From Octopus bimaculoides (taxonomy: Eukaryota), in the NCBI RefSeq assembly GCF_001194135.2, contig NC_068983.1, forward strand, positions 141,877,055 to 141,941,054: a DNA stretch of 64,000 nucleotides. Direction: 5' to 3'. Positions 36,633 to 50,712 of the stretch are shown one piece after another. The notes beneath the pieces were generated by a model, which had not been told where the DNA came from, searched no databases, and was given only the letters and a program-made list of their open reading frames with translations. Position 1 is the first letter of the stretch, and each line of letters starts with the position of its first letter. The translations under genes and the position numbers were made by a program.

Positions 36633-39600
36633 ATCGTGCTTTCAGTTGCTACTGCAAGTTTATATAATGAAATTAATGTTTATGCACAGGCAGGCATGTT
36701 ACATTACTGACTCGCATATGTTGATTGTGCCTTAACACACACACACATACACACACACACGCGCACACACACACACACACATACATACATACATACATAC
36801 GTACATACATACATATCGCTTGTTGGGAATTATATTTAAAAAATTGGCACAGTGTTTGGGGAAGTAGATAAAAAGGACACGAAAACAACAAGACAGAATC
36901 ATCGACCAACATAATTCTGGAAACTTGTACATTTTATTTATTTATATATATTATACTTATTATTTATATATATATATTCATTCTATGTAAGCAAAGAGAC
37001 ACCTCCACAAATGTAGTACATTCTATAACAGAAGAAACGAAACAAAAACAAAAACAACAAAATTAACATATGCAAAAAAAAGAATTGTCCAATTCTTGTT
37101 TAATACGTAGTTACTTCCGATTGTACAATGTGGATATTAACATAAAAGCAATGGTAACGTTATTTATACAACATCACATCAACATTGATTACCTGTAGGA
37201 TTGTCGAGATTTTTATTTATATCTTATTTTTTAATTTCTATTTCTGTTTGGAGTCAACATTTCTCCGTTTCGAAGTATTGCGTTGCTCAGCATAAAAATT
37301 AAGAGAAAGAGTTTTTAAAGAGCGGCAGTTATTCAGAACTGTGTTTCTCTCCTTGGTGACATTAGTCCAAAATTGCACACTTCTCTTTCTCGCAGTGACA
37401 TTTCATTCGTACGGCTTCAGATTCGTATCACTATTTCTCGACAAGACGCATTAATTTATCTTATTGCAACACACTTCATTGATTTAAAAAAAAAAAAAAG
37501 AATATCCAAATTGCTATACTATGATGAGAAATGAGGCTCACCCTTTTGCTACTTTGCCACCTTTACCGCGACCTATTTTTCGGGATTCTACTAAGGGACC
37601 CAAAATACCAAGAACTATCAGGTATTTCTAATTGACTTTTCTCCCCTCTTTTATTTCATAAAAATATTTTTTATAGTTTAATAACAATTTTAGCAGACAG
37701 ACATGCACCATGAACTGATTTCATTTGACTAGGCACAAACCAATATGTTGGTCAATGAATTAAATTAATAAAAACAAAATTGGTAATCATATTGGGGCAG
37801 TGGGGTATATTTTTGTTTCGTTTGTTTGTATCCCGCAAGGACCTCTTTTTATTTTTAAGTCTGAAGGTTTGCGTTGTAAATTCATGTTACCAATAAAAAT
37901 TATCGCACTACCTGGGTTGCTTTCGGTTTAAAACTCTTGTCTTGATGTTACGACAAATTTGAAAGTTAATAAATTCATCTAGAAAAAAAAATGGTATTAA
38001 CTGTGTAAAATAATAATTTCTAATATTGACGAAGATAGTATATTTGGGGAAGGATAACTCTGTTAAATCGCATCCACTACCTGAAAGATACTTCCTTTAT
38101 TGATCTTTAAAAGACAAAAGTAAAGTTTAACCTTGCGAGATTTGAACGGAAAACGTAGTGATATAAATAAATATTGCAAAATCCGATGTTCTATCGATTC
38201 TGTCGACCGACCGCTTTCTGTTTGAAATAATGAACTTTTAAAAATTTATACATTATATGTATAATATGAGAAAGTGTGTCGGTACAACTCAAGGCTTCTA
38301 CTTAACCAGTCAAGATGGAACACTGAGAGTTATACTAACAAAAAAAAAAAGGAATTCAAAACATTCTAAATCGTAATTTGAGACAAGTAGAACAAGCACT
38401 CGGACAGGCCTCGAGCCGTGTTTTTGTCGATTAACCAGATGACCACATTACGTCGAAATTTTATCTGTAATCTGTGTCGGAATTGTCGTTTGGAATAAAT
38501 CCTATAAAAACGGAGAAACAGTAAAGATAGTGGAATTCTTTTAATTTTGGGGATAATGAATTCCTCTTATGCTTTATATTTTATATTAGAGTAACTAAAT
38601 GGAATGGGATATTGTAGCATCTCTTTCCGTTCACACATACCTAGATCGACGTTTACCATTGCACTTATAATTTTGTGTTAAAGCAGAATAATTCAACTCA
38701 AATGTACATGACTTATTTAACGGAAAATACTGTTTAAAAGAAATCGAAATCGTTTTCGAGATGAGCTTTAAATGAACTTTTTGTTGGTAATGAGGAGGAA
38801 CAGCTTCCAGTGACTTCTTTGCAGCCTTTCCAGCTAAGTGATACTAATTCGGCTGATGTGCACTTTGTACATCTGCGTTTGATATTTGCTGGAAAGCGTG
38901 AACCGAAAAGTCGGAACTAAATCCTTGTAACGTAGTGAACTTAGCGTGTTAGGCCTGCGCATTAATCCACCCCAGTGCATGGACAAAAGCTTGAAATATA
39001 TGCAACTACGCAACAGTTATGCAGTTATTCAAGTAACCTTGTCAGTATACACGGCAATGGCCTATCTGAGATAGTCTACGTGTTAGCTTGTTACCTTCAC
39101 TGAGGGAACCTATGATCAGAGGCGTTTCAACCATGATCCTGCAACTATTTTATTTTTTTATGACTGTAGTATTTGATGAGTGGAAATTTGGAAGCCTTTC
39201 TCGCTGTTCAAACAAGATGAAGCAAGCCTCTTCTATAATCGAAGTTATCCCAGCTATGACTATCCCGTCCTTGTGTGTGATATAGCTGAATATACCTCTG
39301 ACTACATTATTCAACGTGTCGTTTTTTAAAGGTGGTAGTTTGAGTGCAGATTTAACTGCTGTTTTTCGCAGATCAAGCTACCAAGTAGAGGTTTTCTTGT
39401 TCCCTGCATCTGACAAGTAAATGTGAAGTGTTAACTCTGTCCAAAAATTAATATTGCAAAAAAAACAAATCTTTTCTTTTAGTAAAGTTTATTTCCTATT
39501 TCATTTTTTGTATTTTCTTTGTATTTTATTTGAAACAAATGTATGGAAAAATCCAACAATGGGACCCTACATATAGTCAATTAAATTGGCTTACAAATTT

Positions 39601-42600
39601 TTTTAAATCTATTTTGAAGAAGTGAAAGACCAAGTCAACTCTAAAACGATTTGAACTCGGAACGTAATTTATTGTAACTATATACCCTTAAAGGATTTTA
39701 CCAGGTGCTCTATCGAAGTTTTATACAATATTACGCATTTTTGTTTTGTAGAATTAATCTTTCAGTAATACAAAATATGATACGTCTAACCACAATGACT
39801 TTCGCAAATGAATAGCATATGCGCCGGTTATTAAATGATATTTCCAAACATTGTCCAGTTACTGCGGAAATTAAATGATTACGAAAACTCCCTTAGTTTC
39901 TTTCACTTCATATCGCCACGAACGCTTGTTTTAATTTTTATCTGGATGCAAGTGTACTCTAGTTATTTCGAAGTGAAGAAATTATTTCTGCAATATTTTT
40001 AGCATTTCGGTTATATGAAACCCCATTGCTCATTTATTCATACACTTATAGATACCAATTGGTGCGACGGAAATTTTGATAACAAATAATGTTTAAGTGA
40101 AGTTGTTTGTTTTTGAAGAGTCGCGGTGTCCTCTGCGTTGTAATTATTTTAGTTTCAACATACGAAATATATATAATCTTTAAAAACAAGATATTAATGT
40201 ACTCGACTATCCATAAAAAGGTGGCCTGCCCTCAACTGGAATGCCTGATCATTGGTCTACTCGATAACGGCTAACCTGGAGCTGAACAACCACTACAATT
40301 ATGCAATGTGAATCTTTCTACAAAAAATTTTAGTAATCATAAAAAATGGAAAATGAAATCTTAGTTTCCTCAGAAGTGCATTCCGTAGATGAAATTTAAA
40401 TTCATTATTTCATTGCTCATATCTTAGTTGGGTTCATATCCCGCCGAGGTCAACTTTACATTTCTTCCTTTCAGAGTTGATGAAATAGAGTACTTTTCGA
40501 AGTCTTGAATCGATTTCGCCGACTATAGCCTACCCTTGTTAAAGATTTATGGTCTTGCACTAATCTTAGAAATCGAGATTATTTTGGTTGACTAATTGGC
40601 AGAGGGAAATTTATATTTAATAATAGTAGTAAAATGAGCGTTCTTCCATTTGATGTGGTAGACTGAGAAATTTTAATCAAAATTATGAAATAGTGATTGT
40701 ATTTTGTCTTTTAGCAAACTCTCGGTATGTTTCATCAGTGAAGTGTAGTTTACGTCAACTGCAAGGCCTTAGAATGATTAAATATATATTTTTCGGGACT
40801 AAAGACTTAAAAGAACGACTTGTGCAGAAATACCCAGAAGCACTTGTTATGTTTAAACGTATTAAATTGAGCGCTTGCAACACAGACATGCGATTTGCAG
40901 TTTCTTTCTAATATAGACGCTACGACAATTCGATTAATTCTTCACTCTACGCTTTAACAGTTGTTTAGCCCAGGCCATCTTTGATTAAGCAGACATGTTA
41001 AATCTATTTCCCTCGTAACCATCCCGTCTTAATTCAGATAGTAAAACTAGGACTGCTTTTGTTAATATTGTTTAAGGGAGTAAGCTGTTATTTGAGGGAT
41101 ATGTGGCTGATATTTCTAACAAACCGAGTAACCCTTCGTACGCTCCTTTGCAGTTGAGTTGATTAAATAGTGCAGGTCAGAAATCTATTCTGCTGGATAT
41201 TGAAACCACAGCCCCAGGCTTAAAATTCTTACATTTTTTTTCCTTGTAGATTTGCCTGCCACCCGCTGAGAGAGAAAAATACTGGTTTTTGTAAGATGAA
41301 ACCGGAATAGGTACTAAAGACTCTGGAGAACATGACTGGGGTAGTTTGTGTGACACCACTTGGTAACTCAAAACATAATGAAGTAGTTAAGAATACAGAC
41401 CTGGTCGGAGATGAAATTACATAATTTCTTCTCTAGACATCTTGTTCCAATTTGTTGGAAATATTAATTTTACAGATATGTCTCGCGAAGCTTTTCTACA
41501 GTTTTATTACTTATAAAAAGGAAAATTAGTTTTTAGTGAAAAGTATTTTGTTATTAAAGTGAATGGACAATAATATGAATGTGTCTAAAATGCATACGCT
41601 CAATCAATCTGCTGAAGAAAAAAAAAATTCTGAATAGTTTGTAAAATCTTGGAAATATTAAGGTCAAATCGGTTGGCATCGTGTTTTATATATGAATTAA
41701 TTCAGTGGTTCCCCATATTTTGTGTATTCACAAGTTTTTAACTTCCATCTTTTAATTCGCTTGCTCATGTTTCGCGCCAGTGATAATAGTTCCATATGTC
41801 ACTATGAGGTCTACGTCTGTCTCCTCTTCACGAATTTATCTAGTTAGCTGTTTAGTGTATTAAAAATACAGTTCACTCCAAATTCGATTTCTTCGGTAAC
41901 ACTAGTTTGAGACAGTTTAAGGGATATAGGTGTCCTCTTTTTTGCCATCTCAAATTGATGTTTGTAATGTCAAATACCACTGTATTCTCATGAGTTTTAG
42001 ATGATTCGTTCATTGAGCATTTAGAACAACAAATAATCCTGAAATGAAAATATCTCGTGATCATTAATTTATTGGGTCATTATAATAGACTTCGTCTTCG
42101 GTGTTTACTGGACACCTTCACTCACCAAGCTATTGACCACAGCTGGAAAATATAAGTTGTAAGATGTAATGGAGATCAAAGAGAAATCATGCCATTATTG
42201 CAGGCTTGAGTCTCTCGGTGGAATTAAATGTATTCCTTTCTCAATCGTGGAAAACTCTAGGCAATTTCACCTTAGTTTAATACAAACTATAGTTGAATTT
42301 TTCCTTTGGCCAAGAATGTATCCCAAACTGTATAACAATTGAAAATAACTGTTTAATAACATTTTCTACTTGGATATTACACTACATCAAAACGTTTAAT
42401 TGTAAGGAAATTTTTATTTTCGGGTGTTTAAATGATTTGCTTTCTCCAAGTATTATAGTGGTTTATCTCTCGACCGATTCTGATCGAGTAGGCCTATGAT
42501 CACACAATCCAACCGCGGTCAACCCACCTATTTCATTTATTTTTAGGATGACATCCAGTGGGGGGTTTTGAGGTGGGGAATGAATAATGTATGATAGGAT

Positions 42601-44349
42601 TTGAAGATTTGGTTGCTATTACTAGTACATTAAGGCTTCCTCGTTGGCTCGTATTTTAATTATTTCATTGTTCCACCTTAGGTCTTTCGTTATATTACTT
42701 CCATATCTCTTAACGATGTTGGAACTGTGAAGAAAACTAATATATTTAACGCTAGTTCATGGATGGTTTATTTTTACATCAACAGCTGTTCTAAGGAAAC
42801 TTATGTTACAGTGTGTATACAGTGTATTTACGCGTGCATGTTATATAAGTATCTGGATAGTTCTATTTATCATACTGAACTACAAATTAACCCGTTACGG
42901 TTTATAATTACCGCCATCATTTATCATGGTAGAATTATTACCAATTTTGTAAAGAGGCAGAAACTGAATGTATCAATGTTTGACTTCTGCCCAATTTTCA
43001 AAAAGCTTTAGTTATATTTTCGCGCGCGCGTGTACCTTTTATATTTTAAGGATGTATTTATACTTAAATCGTCCTCTGTATTGTACTATATCGTCTTTAT
43101 CATTAAGTTGTTTCTAAATGTGTGCATTTTTATCAATTATTGCATACGTCATTGTGACAAAATTACGCACGAATTTTGTTATATCGTTTTGTGATGTTCT
43201 TGTTAACCCTGATCGAGAAGACGTTTAAATTCACTCCAGCCGTGACTATCTAATCAGATATAATAGCCACAACTACATATTTCCATTTTAAAAGCGTTTA
43301 TGTTCAAATGTAAGGGAGGTTTGGTAATCTATTTAGTCGTCGATTAACCATATAGAAGCTCCCTCATTTGTTTGTTTTTTTTCATAACTTGCTCTTTATT
43401 TTTCATGCGTTTATTCAAAAATACATGAACGTTACGACTTTGCACTGTCTTTTTATACAGCTGTTACTTAAAAAATTGGTTTTAGTTTATTAGCATCATT
43501 ATTTACTATTGCTGTTGCTCGCGCTATTTTGGTCTAACCTCATTTCTGATTTCTGCCATGATTATCGAATGGTTCTGTGTTCAAAAACTTCCAACTGTGA
43601 CCAGTATATATTGGATTATATCACAGTAAGATTATTTGGAGAAAATTTGGCTGGTACTTTCAGCAATTCGGACGACAGGAGAGAGCCTCCCTCGTTGATT
43701 ATTATTATTATTATTATTATTATAGCAATATTGAATTCTAATTTCTCATGCGCGTACGTGGGATGGAGAGGATGTAAACAAACCGGAAAACATTCTTCGT
43801 TGTTTACTGGCTTAACCTACCAATCGCTAAATTCCTTTCTTGCCTCTACGTAATTTTACATCCCTGCTTTTAATCATCTGTGCATCTTGGATTAAGACGA
43901 CTTCACCAACCACAAATGAGGAGTTAAAGAACCTAGTACCAGGAGTTTCAACGAAACTTGATAAAAACGACACTTTTTGTCTAGACAGTCATCAGCTGTA
44001 AAAGTAAAGTGGTTTCGTGTAAGTAGGACTCGCCAGGACCTGGCTGCTTTTATAGCAATATCCCTAACAAAAATTGGCAGCCTCTATATTTTTTATTGAA
44101 TAAAATAATTTACTACAATTTCTTAGTGCAAGTGGAAAAAAAAAACTGGCAGGCTTGAATAATTTAAAACCTACATAGAATCTGGATTTCTTCTGGCTGT
44201 TGTATGCACTGCCCTGTAGTGAACTATTAATATAATCTTAACTAAGTACTTATTTCCTGTGGGAAGTAAAGAAATTTTAAGATGAGAATTAATAATCAGG
44301 ATTATTTCCGCTCTGAAAAGAAATGTTATAGGATACTTTCAACCTCCAT

Positions 44350-45100
44350 TTTGTGAAAAACAAATAATCGGACTTCCGGTTTGTCGACTGCAGTCGTCTG
44401 TGATGTGGTTTCAAATTGTATTGTTATAATGAAACTAGAATTTCTAAGAACATGCATTAGATTAAATCAAATCTAAAAACAGAAATAAGCAACGAAGACG
44501 TATCATGAAATGAGCGACTGCATATATCTGATATGCAAATACCTAATTTTGTATCAGGCGATTAAATTACTGGCCAGCTCATTACTCAGTTTAGCCCTTG
44601 TACTTCTACTTTGTATTCATTTTTCTTGCTGTAATCAAAAGATGTGTTCCACTGGGTTAACTAAGCTGGTAGAATGTTTTCTAATATGATTATAGTAGAA
44701 AGTGGGTTATACATCTTTAGACGTATACCTGACTTTCCTACTATAAACTTGGAATATAACGGAACGCTGAACTCAAGACTATCAACTTAAACAACATTTA
44801 TTCAGGTGCTAAATATATACATCTTTTAGTTCTTGTTACAGCTTTTGTGTGTATGAGCATAGTTGTTGGGACGTGTGTTTGTAGTTGCAAGCGAGCTGTC
44901 GAGTGTAAGTCCGAAAGATGTAGAGAGACAGCTTAACACGTCCAATGCTCATGGTCGGCCGACCGTAAAAGAGTAAGATTAAAGCGGGAACGCTTGCTTG
45001 TTTAATTCCACGCATGCGTGAGACTACGCATGCGCACGGCGTTACCACATGATCATTTGTCATGTTCCATTTTACATAGCCCGACACGAGTAATTTTGTG
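44350..45100. promoter_or_regulatory. Candidate CpG-rich promoter (direction unknown)
   Basis: Non-repetitive CpG-rich patches with an ETS-like acttccgg (~44370) and NRF1-like cacgcatgcgtg and acgcatgcgcac (~45009-45038). Motif evidence only. Confidence 0.3.
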
Positions 45101-45362
45101 GATCAAATTCATTACATTTTAACTGAGGGCTCGTTATGCCTGGAATTTTGTTGCGTTACTCCTTGAACTTTTTTTTTTAACCGTTCATATTCTCAGCAAT
45201 NNNNNNNNNNNNNNNNNNNNNNNNNNNNNNNNNNNNNNNNNNNNNNNNNNNNNNNNNNNNNNNNNNNNNNNNNNNNNNNNNNNNNNNNNNNNNNNNNNNN
45301 NNNNNNNNNNNNNNNNNNNNNNNNNNNNNNNNNNNNNNNNNNNNNNNNNNNNNNNNNNNNNN

Positions 45363-45613
45363 ACCCTTAACGTAGTTCTCGGGGATATTCAGCGTGACAC
45401 AGTGTGACAAGGCTGACCCTTTGAATTACATGCACAACAGAAACAGGAAGTAAGAGTTAGAGAAAGTTGTGGTGGAAGAGCACAGCAGGGTTCGCCACCA
45501 TCCCCTGCCGGAGCCTCGTGGAGCTTTTAGGTGTTTTCGTTCAATAAATACTCACAACGCCCGGTCTGGGAATCGAAACCGCGATCCTATGACCGCGAGT
45601 CTTGCGCCTCCAC
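45363..45613 (-). mobile_element. tRNA-derived SINE, family A (tail in gap; deletion in head)
   Basis: Matches family A, lacks about 22 nt of the tRNA head, and has intact CpGs. Confidence 0.9.
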
Positions 45614-45989
45614 TATGCATTTCGTTAACAGCGACCTTAAAGGGAGTTAGGAAATGAAAGAGGCAGTGTGTAAAAACCTCACGAATCTGTTAAAGCACTA
45701 TTCCGACAAATAATGATAGTTCCCAATAAGGGATTTTTCAGAAATTCACTCTTACGAGGTTTTTTATTTAATGGAACTTGCTCTATATTTATCATAAGTT
45801 CAATTTTTCTTATATCGATTTAATTTTGTTTATTCATTAAGTTGCAGGAAGAAGCTGGTCCTTTAATTAATGAACTGAAAATGAGACGACTCGATATTCT
45901 GGGGTTGCGTCTAGGTTCTAGAAACTCACCCAAATCTCTTATTTTCCGATAAAACAAATAACGATAATACAATCCTTTCTGTTAAAGAT

Positions 45990-46165
45990 ACAAGGCTTGA
46001 AATTTAGGAACATCGACCCCAGTGTTTCACTGGTACTTAATCAACCCCAAAAGGATGAAAGGCAAAGTCGACCTCAGCGAAATTTGAGCTCAGAACGTAG
46101 TAGCAGACGAAATACCGCTAAGCATTTCGCTCGTCGTGCCACCGATTCTGCCAGCTCGCCTCCTT
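45990..46165 (-). mobile_element. tRNA-derived SINE, family C
   Basis: Matches the family C head and central box; the tail is internally deleted. Confidence 0.85.
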
Positions 46166-46232
46166 AAGTAACTATGATATAATGACGCCATTTACGCGTG
46201 CATCTGTTTAATTAGTGGCTGTTGTTACATCT

Positions 46233-46520
46233 TTACCATAGTTTCTTGCTAGTATCTAGATATTTAAATGGCAAACTTCTGCCACCGATGAGGAAGTTAT
46301 TTACAATATAAGACACGGTCTGCCATCTTGTATGCGACAACATTCTACAAGACTCCAGTGAGTTGGCAGATTGATTGAGCTGCACTTGGTATACGTCTCT
46401 GATTGCCGGGTCACTTATACAGAAATCGTGTAGTGTCCAATCGCAAGTATATTCCTCTTTATCATACTTTATATTAACGAGAACATGTGTCATCGTGAGA
46501 GCCTCTACGTGGTCGTTCAA
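46233..46520 (-). mobile_element. Possible LINE (RTE-like) ORF linker remnant
   Basis: 95 stop-free codons including DH...DPAIRDVYQVQLNQS..SL...WQTV, loosely like the region after the LINE endonuclease domain. Weak. Confidence 0.3.
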
Positions 46521-47562
46521 ATGCTAAGAATAGTCAGTTTTCTGTTAAATTACATTCTACTGTCTTTCACAAAAGAAGCACTAAATAATGTAGCCATACG
46601 TTTACTGACTGAAAAAAGAACAGGATAACGGGTATTGCTACTTTTTGCTTATCTCACTCCATTAAAAAACTGGATTATCTCCTCCGACAAAAAAAAATTA
46701 ACCCTCAATAACACAAATAAAAATGAAAATTTGATACGTGAAAAGATTAAACAACTTATTGAATCTAACATTTTTATAACATGCCTATTGAGGAGGCCAA
46801 AAGTCAATATGTTGAGATTGGATTAAAAGGGTTAGATCCTTTTGATTTAATACTTGTCGCCACATAAACTCAACTTCTTAGTGGGGAGATAACCCAATTT
46901 AATGGCTTTTTTATGGAAGGGAGATAAGCAAAAAATACCCGGATATTTTCAATCAGGCATGACCTGGGGCAAAGCAACTAGGAAGACAAACATCTGAAAT
47001 TAACAGGATTCTTAGTGTAAATACGTTATATCGGATATATTGCAGCTTATCACGAAACTTAATACAGATTCAATTGATTCCGAAGATCAGCTACCCACAC
47101 AGAACATAGGAAAATTAGTTCGATATATTAAAAAGAAAATATTGCCTCATTAAACTCCGAGTCTAAATATGTTTTTCATCATTTGGGGACTCGATAAAAT
47201 AAGTACTTTTAGCATACTCTGGAGTGCAGGCAATCTACCTTATACTCTGTGTTATGCAAGAACCTGGCTGTTTGCCCAGTTAGAATATTATTATTGGCAA
47301 CCTATTCAGTCGACAGGTTTACTATTTTTTCTCTTGGCTACAGATTGAAGCTGTCTTTATAGTGTTCAACATTAATAAGTCTATTTTGAAATGTAAGAAA
47401 CATGGCAGTATGTATGCTAAAATTAGAATGATATTATGTAGTTGAACCGAGTCTGTAAGCCTGTTCCGATACCCGGTTAAAATTTCAGTTACATCGCTAA
47501 TGTCTGCTGGAAAGGCATAATATGCAAAAATCAATTATTTTTAAGCTGTTGTTTTTATTATT

Positions 47563-48275
47563 AAAGCGGCGAGCTGGTAGAATCGTTGACACTCCGGACA
47601 GAATGCTTAACGGCATTTCACCCGTCATTACGTTCTAAAATTAAATTTCGCCGAGGTCAATTTCACCTTTCGTCCTTTCGGGGCCGATAAAACAAGATCA
47701 ATTGAGCATTTAGGTCGAAGTTATCGACTACCCCAACCTCTCAAAATTGCTGTTCAAAACAATGCAACGATCTGGCAGAATCGTTAGCACGCCGGACAAA
47801 ATTGTTTGCGGCATTTCGTCCGTCTTGACGTTCCGAGCTCAAATTCCACCGAAACTGACTTTGCCTTTCATCCTTTTGGGGATCGTTTTAATCGATTAGC
47901 CTTCTCTTCCAAATTTACAGTCCTTGTGCCTATAGTTGAAAGAATTATAATTATTTTGAAGCAGTGATGCTGCCGAGGTCAACTTTCATTTTTGGGGTCG
48001 ATATAATCGACTAGCCCCTTCCCCAAAAAACTTCAGGATTTGTACCTATAACAGGTAGAAAGGATTTTTTTTAAGCTGGCAGATTCGTTAGCGCGTCGAG
48101 CAAAATGATGAGTGGCAATCCTGCGGGCTTCTTACGTTTTGGGTTCAAATACTGCGGAGATCAATTTTGCTTTTCAGCCTTTCGGGGCCTATGAAGTACC
48201 AACTGAGCTCTGGGGTTGATGTAATCGAATTACGCACTCCCCTAAAACTGCTGACGTTGTGCATAATTTGAAATT
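47563..48275 (+). mobile_element. Head-to-tail cluster of four family C SINE copies
   Basis: Units at ~47563-47750, 47765-47948, 47970-48070 (5'-deleted) and 48073-48275 are all in the same orientation and mutually diverged. Confidence 0.85.
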
Positions 48276-48429
48276 ATTTATTTGGACAATATGTTGGAAA
48301 ACACTTGGTTAGTAGATGAGCAGCACACAAAATCCTGGTATTTAATTATGTCCCTTTGTTCTAGATTCAAATGCCACAGAGGATTGTATTTCTTTCATCT
48401 TTCCAGTATCGATAAAGATAATGCCAGTC

Positions 48430-48800
48430 AGACACTTGAGTTGAGTCAATGCTCTCTAAACTCTGGGGTAGGTTCTACCAGTGCTTTACTGTTGATCTAT
48501 TTGACCATTTGTAAGACTGTCTGCAGGTAATATGTAAACTGAAAGAAACTTCTAGGGATTTTGTATCCCTGTGAAGAGATTAGATTTAGTATGATGAATG
48601 GATGTGGTATGCAAGTTGCTTGTTCAGAGGAGTAGAATGTTCTGTAGAAGCATGATACATACAGCATATCTTTGGGCTAGACATTTTCTTGTGAGGATGA
48701 GCAAGTCCCTACCAAGAAGGCTAGTCTTCAAGTGCATTTTTTGCAGTGTCGTGAATGAGATGGAGAGGACATCATAAGAATTTGTGAGATCTAGTATTTG
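48430..48800 (+). mobile_element. Possible degraded RTE-type LINE RT C-terminal remnant
   Basis: Broken frames (..TVCR..KKLLGI.Y..EIR.. and RMSKSLPRRLVF) follow the RTE pattern CLR.ILGI.W...RM...R.PK.LLF. Many stops. Confidence 0.35.
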
Positions 48801-48894
48801 ACATTTTGTATAATATACACTAAATATTGTATTATCTTATCTTTGACAGTTTATGCGTTGCTCAGCATGAGATACAGGATTTTTCTATTGACAT

Positions 48895-49030
48895 CATTTA
48901 ACATCCGTTTTCCATGCTGGCAAGGGTTGACTTAAAATTGGTAAGATGGAGAGCTGTGCCAAGTTTCAGCCTTATTTGGCATGATTTCTACAGCTTGGTG
49001 CCCTTCCTAAAGCCAACCACTGGCAGGGGT
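48895..49030 (-). mobile_element. Diverged SINE/RTE-tail-type repeat (family D)
   Basis: tttaacatccgttttccatgctggcaagggttg...tttctacagcttggtgcccttcctaaagccaacc resembles common ggaagggcatccagccgt-type retroposon segments. Confidence 0.5.
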
Positions 49031-50149
49031 GCCAGTTACGAAATACTAGCATTGGCCACGACTACAATCTGACTTGACAGGTCTTCTCAAGTACTGTAAA
49101 TTGCCAAAGATTTCGGTCATTTGTCACTACTTCCATGAAGCTCAAAGTTTGGAGGGTACCACTGGCATGGGTGCCAGATATGCGATGCAATTTTCTTTGC
49201 TGTTGTTAAAGATTATTACATTTCCATAGAATAATGTTTAGGGTTTTTAAGACGACGGTACAAGTTTGTCCGACATGAGGTATCTAGGGTACATACAGAT
49301 GACATTTGTATGCAGATAAGGTTAGTGAGTATTTTCAGATGACAGCAAGCCTGTAGCTAATTAACAAGTATAGGAGTGTTGAGAGTCCATTTAAGCAGAT
49401 AGCATGTCCCAAAAATCTTCAGTTACATGCTACAATGGCTTGGTTGGATAAGAAGCTTCTAAGAGATCTGACAAATATAAAATTCTTGTATCAGACATTG
49501 TTGAATGCTTTACTGATGTAAAGGGCAGTGACATCTTTCTCGAGCAAAAAACGACTTATAAGTAACAGAGTAAGTCTCTGGTAGATCTGACTTTAATGAA
49601 GCTGTATTGATGGTTATTGAGGATGAGCACTCAATATGTTGAAGGTGATTAACAACCATTTCTATCATATTTGGGATATAATAAATGTGAGTGGTCGTTT
49701 GCAGAAAGACATTGAAAAGTTTAGCAGGTTTAACTTTAAAAAGCACCATGGAAAATCGTTCAAGATACAGAATACCTACAGAACTAAGTGATGAAAGCAA
49801 TATATAAAAGACGTAATTATGTATGTGTTAGTGAGAGAATGACTGTTTTACAGTTGGGACTGATTTTAGACAAGGTTATATCCTATATTTTTCTTCAGTT
49901 TTTGCTGTAGATTTTAGCAGATTTATCAAAAAGGACATGGTCTTCTTCAAGACTATAACCAGTTCTTATCTGAATTTTTGCAGATGTTTAAATTCTGTAA
50001 AGATCACTATGTAAAAATTCAGCTAACAATTTAATGCAAAAACCATAAATGTCTAATGCTAAGATAGTATAAAGATTTAGATTATAACTATAAATTATAA
50101 AGTCTTAGAAAATGTACCTCATTTCACCTATTCGGACAGTAGAATATTT

Positions 50150-50460
50150 GCAGATCGAGGTTAGGCATTTTGTTGGCTTGCCAAAATTTGAAACCGTATA
50201 GAAACTGATGGCATTCTATCAAGTGTCTGTCGTCCCTTGCATTGTACATATAGAGATCGAACCACCAATGTAAAAATACTTGGAACTGAACAGAAAGAAC
50301 TAGTGATATTGCAGAGAACAGTGTCTGAGTTGTAGAATAGAAATTTGATTCTTGCAATGAGCAACGAGAAGCCCAAGCAAAAACTGCATGGCAAAAATTT
50401 GTATCTCATATAACGATGGGATCTCCCATCAAACACTACATTACGAATGTTCAGTTTTTG
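50150..50460 (+). mobile_element. Degraded RTE-type LINE RT C-terminal remnant
   Basis: SVCRPLHCTYRDRTTNVKIL...LILAMSNEKPKQKLHGKNL resembles the RTE motifs CLR.IL...DRITN.EVL and RM...R.PKQLLYGEL. Confidence 0.5.
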
Positions 50461-50615
50461 ATTTTTTGCTTTTTTCTGAATGACCTGCACAAATGGTTTG
50501 TTCAGTGATCAAGTGTATGTACTGTACATTAATTCACTCCCTCAATCAAATCAGTATTGCCCTGTACATACGCACAAGTGTACCACATGTCAGGTGTCAA
50601 TGATCACAAAAGAAC

Positions 50616-50712
50616 ATGAAGTGTTTTGCTCAAGAACACAGCACACTGCCTGATCCAGAAATTGAACCCACAATCTAGCGATCATGAGTGCCACACCTTA
50701 GCCACTAGGCCA
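50616..50712 (-). mobile_element. CORE-type SINE family B head (CpG-decayed)
   Basis: Aligns to 21445-21543 with most CpGs converted to TpG/CpA. Confidence 0.7.

Noticed and set aside
41250-41290. Strong acceptor with a possible 41-nt exon (phase 0 to 2)
   Set aside because: Weak donor context and no protein similarity; cannot be distinguished from a pseudo-exon.
49540-49800. Possible Tc1/mariner HTH remnant on the + strand
   Set aside because: Many stops and only vague motif similarity.
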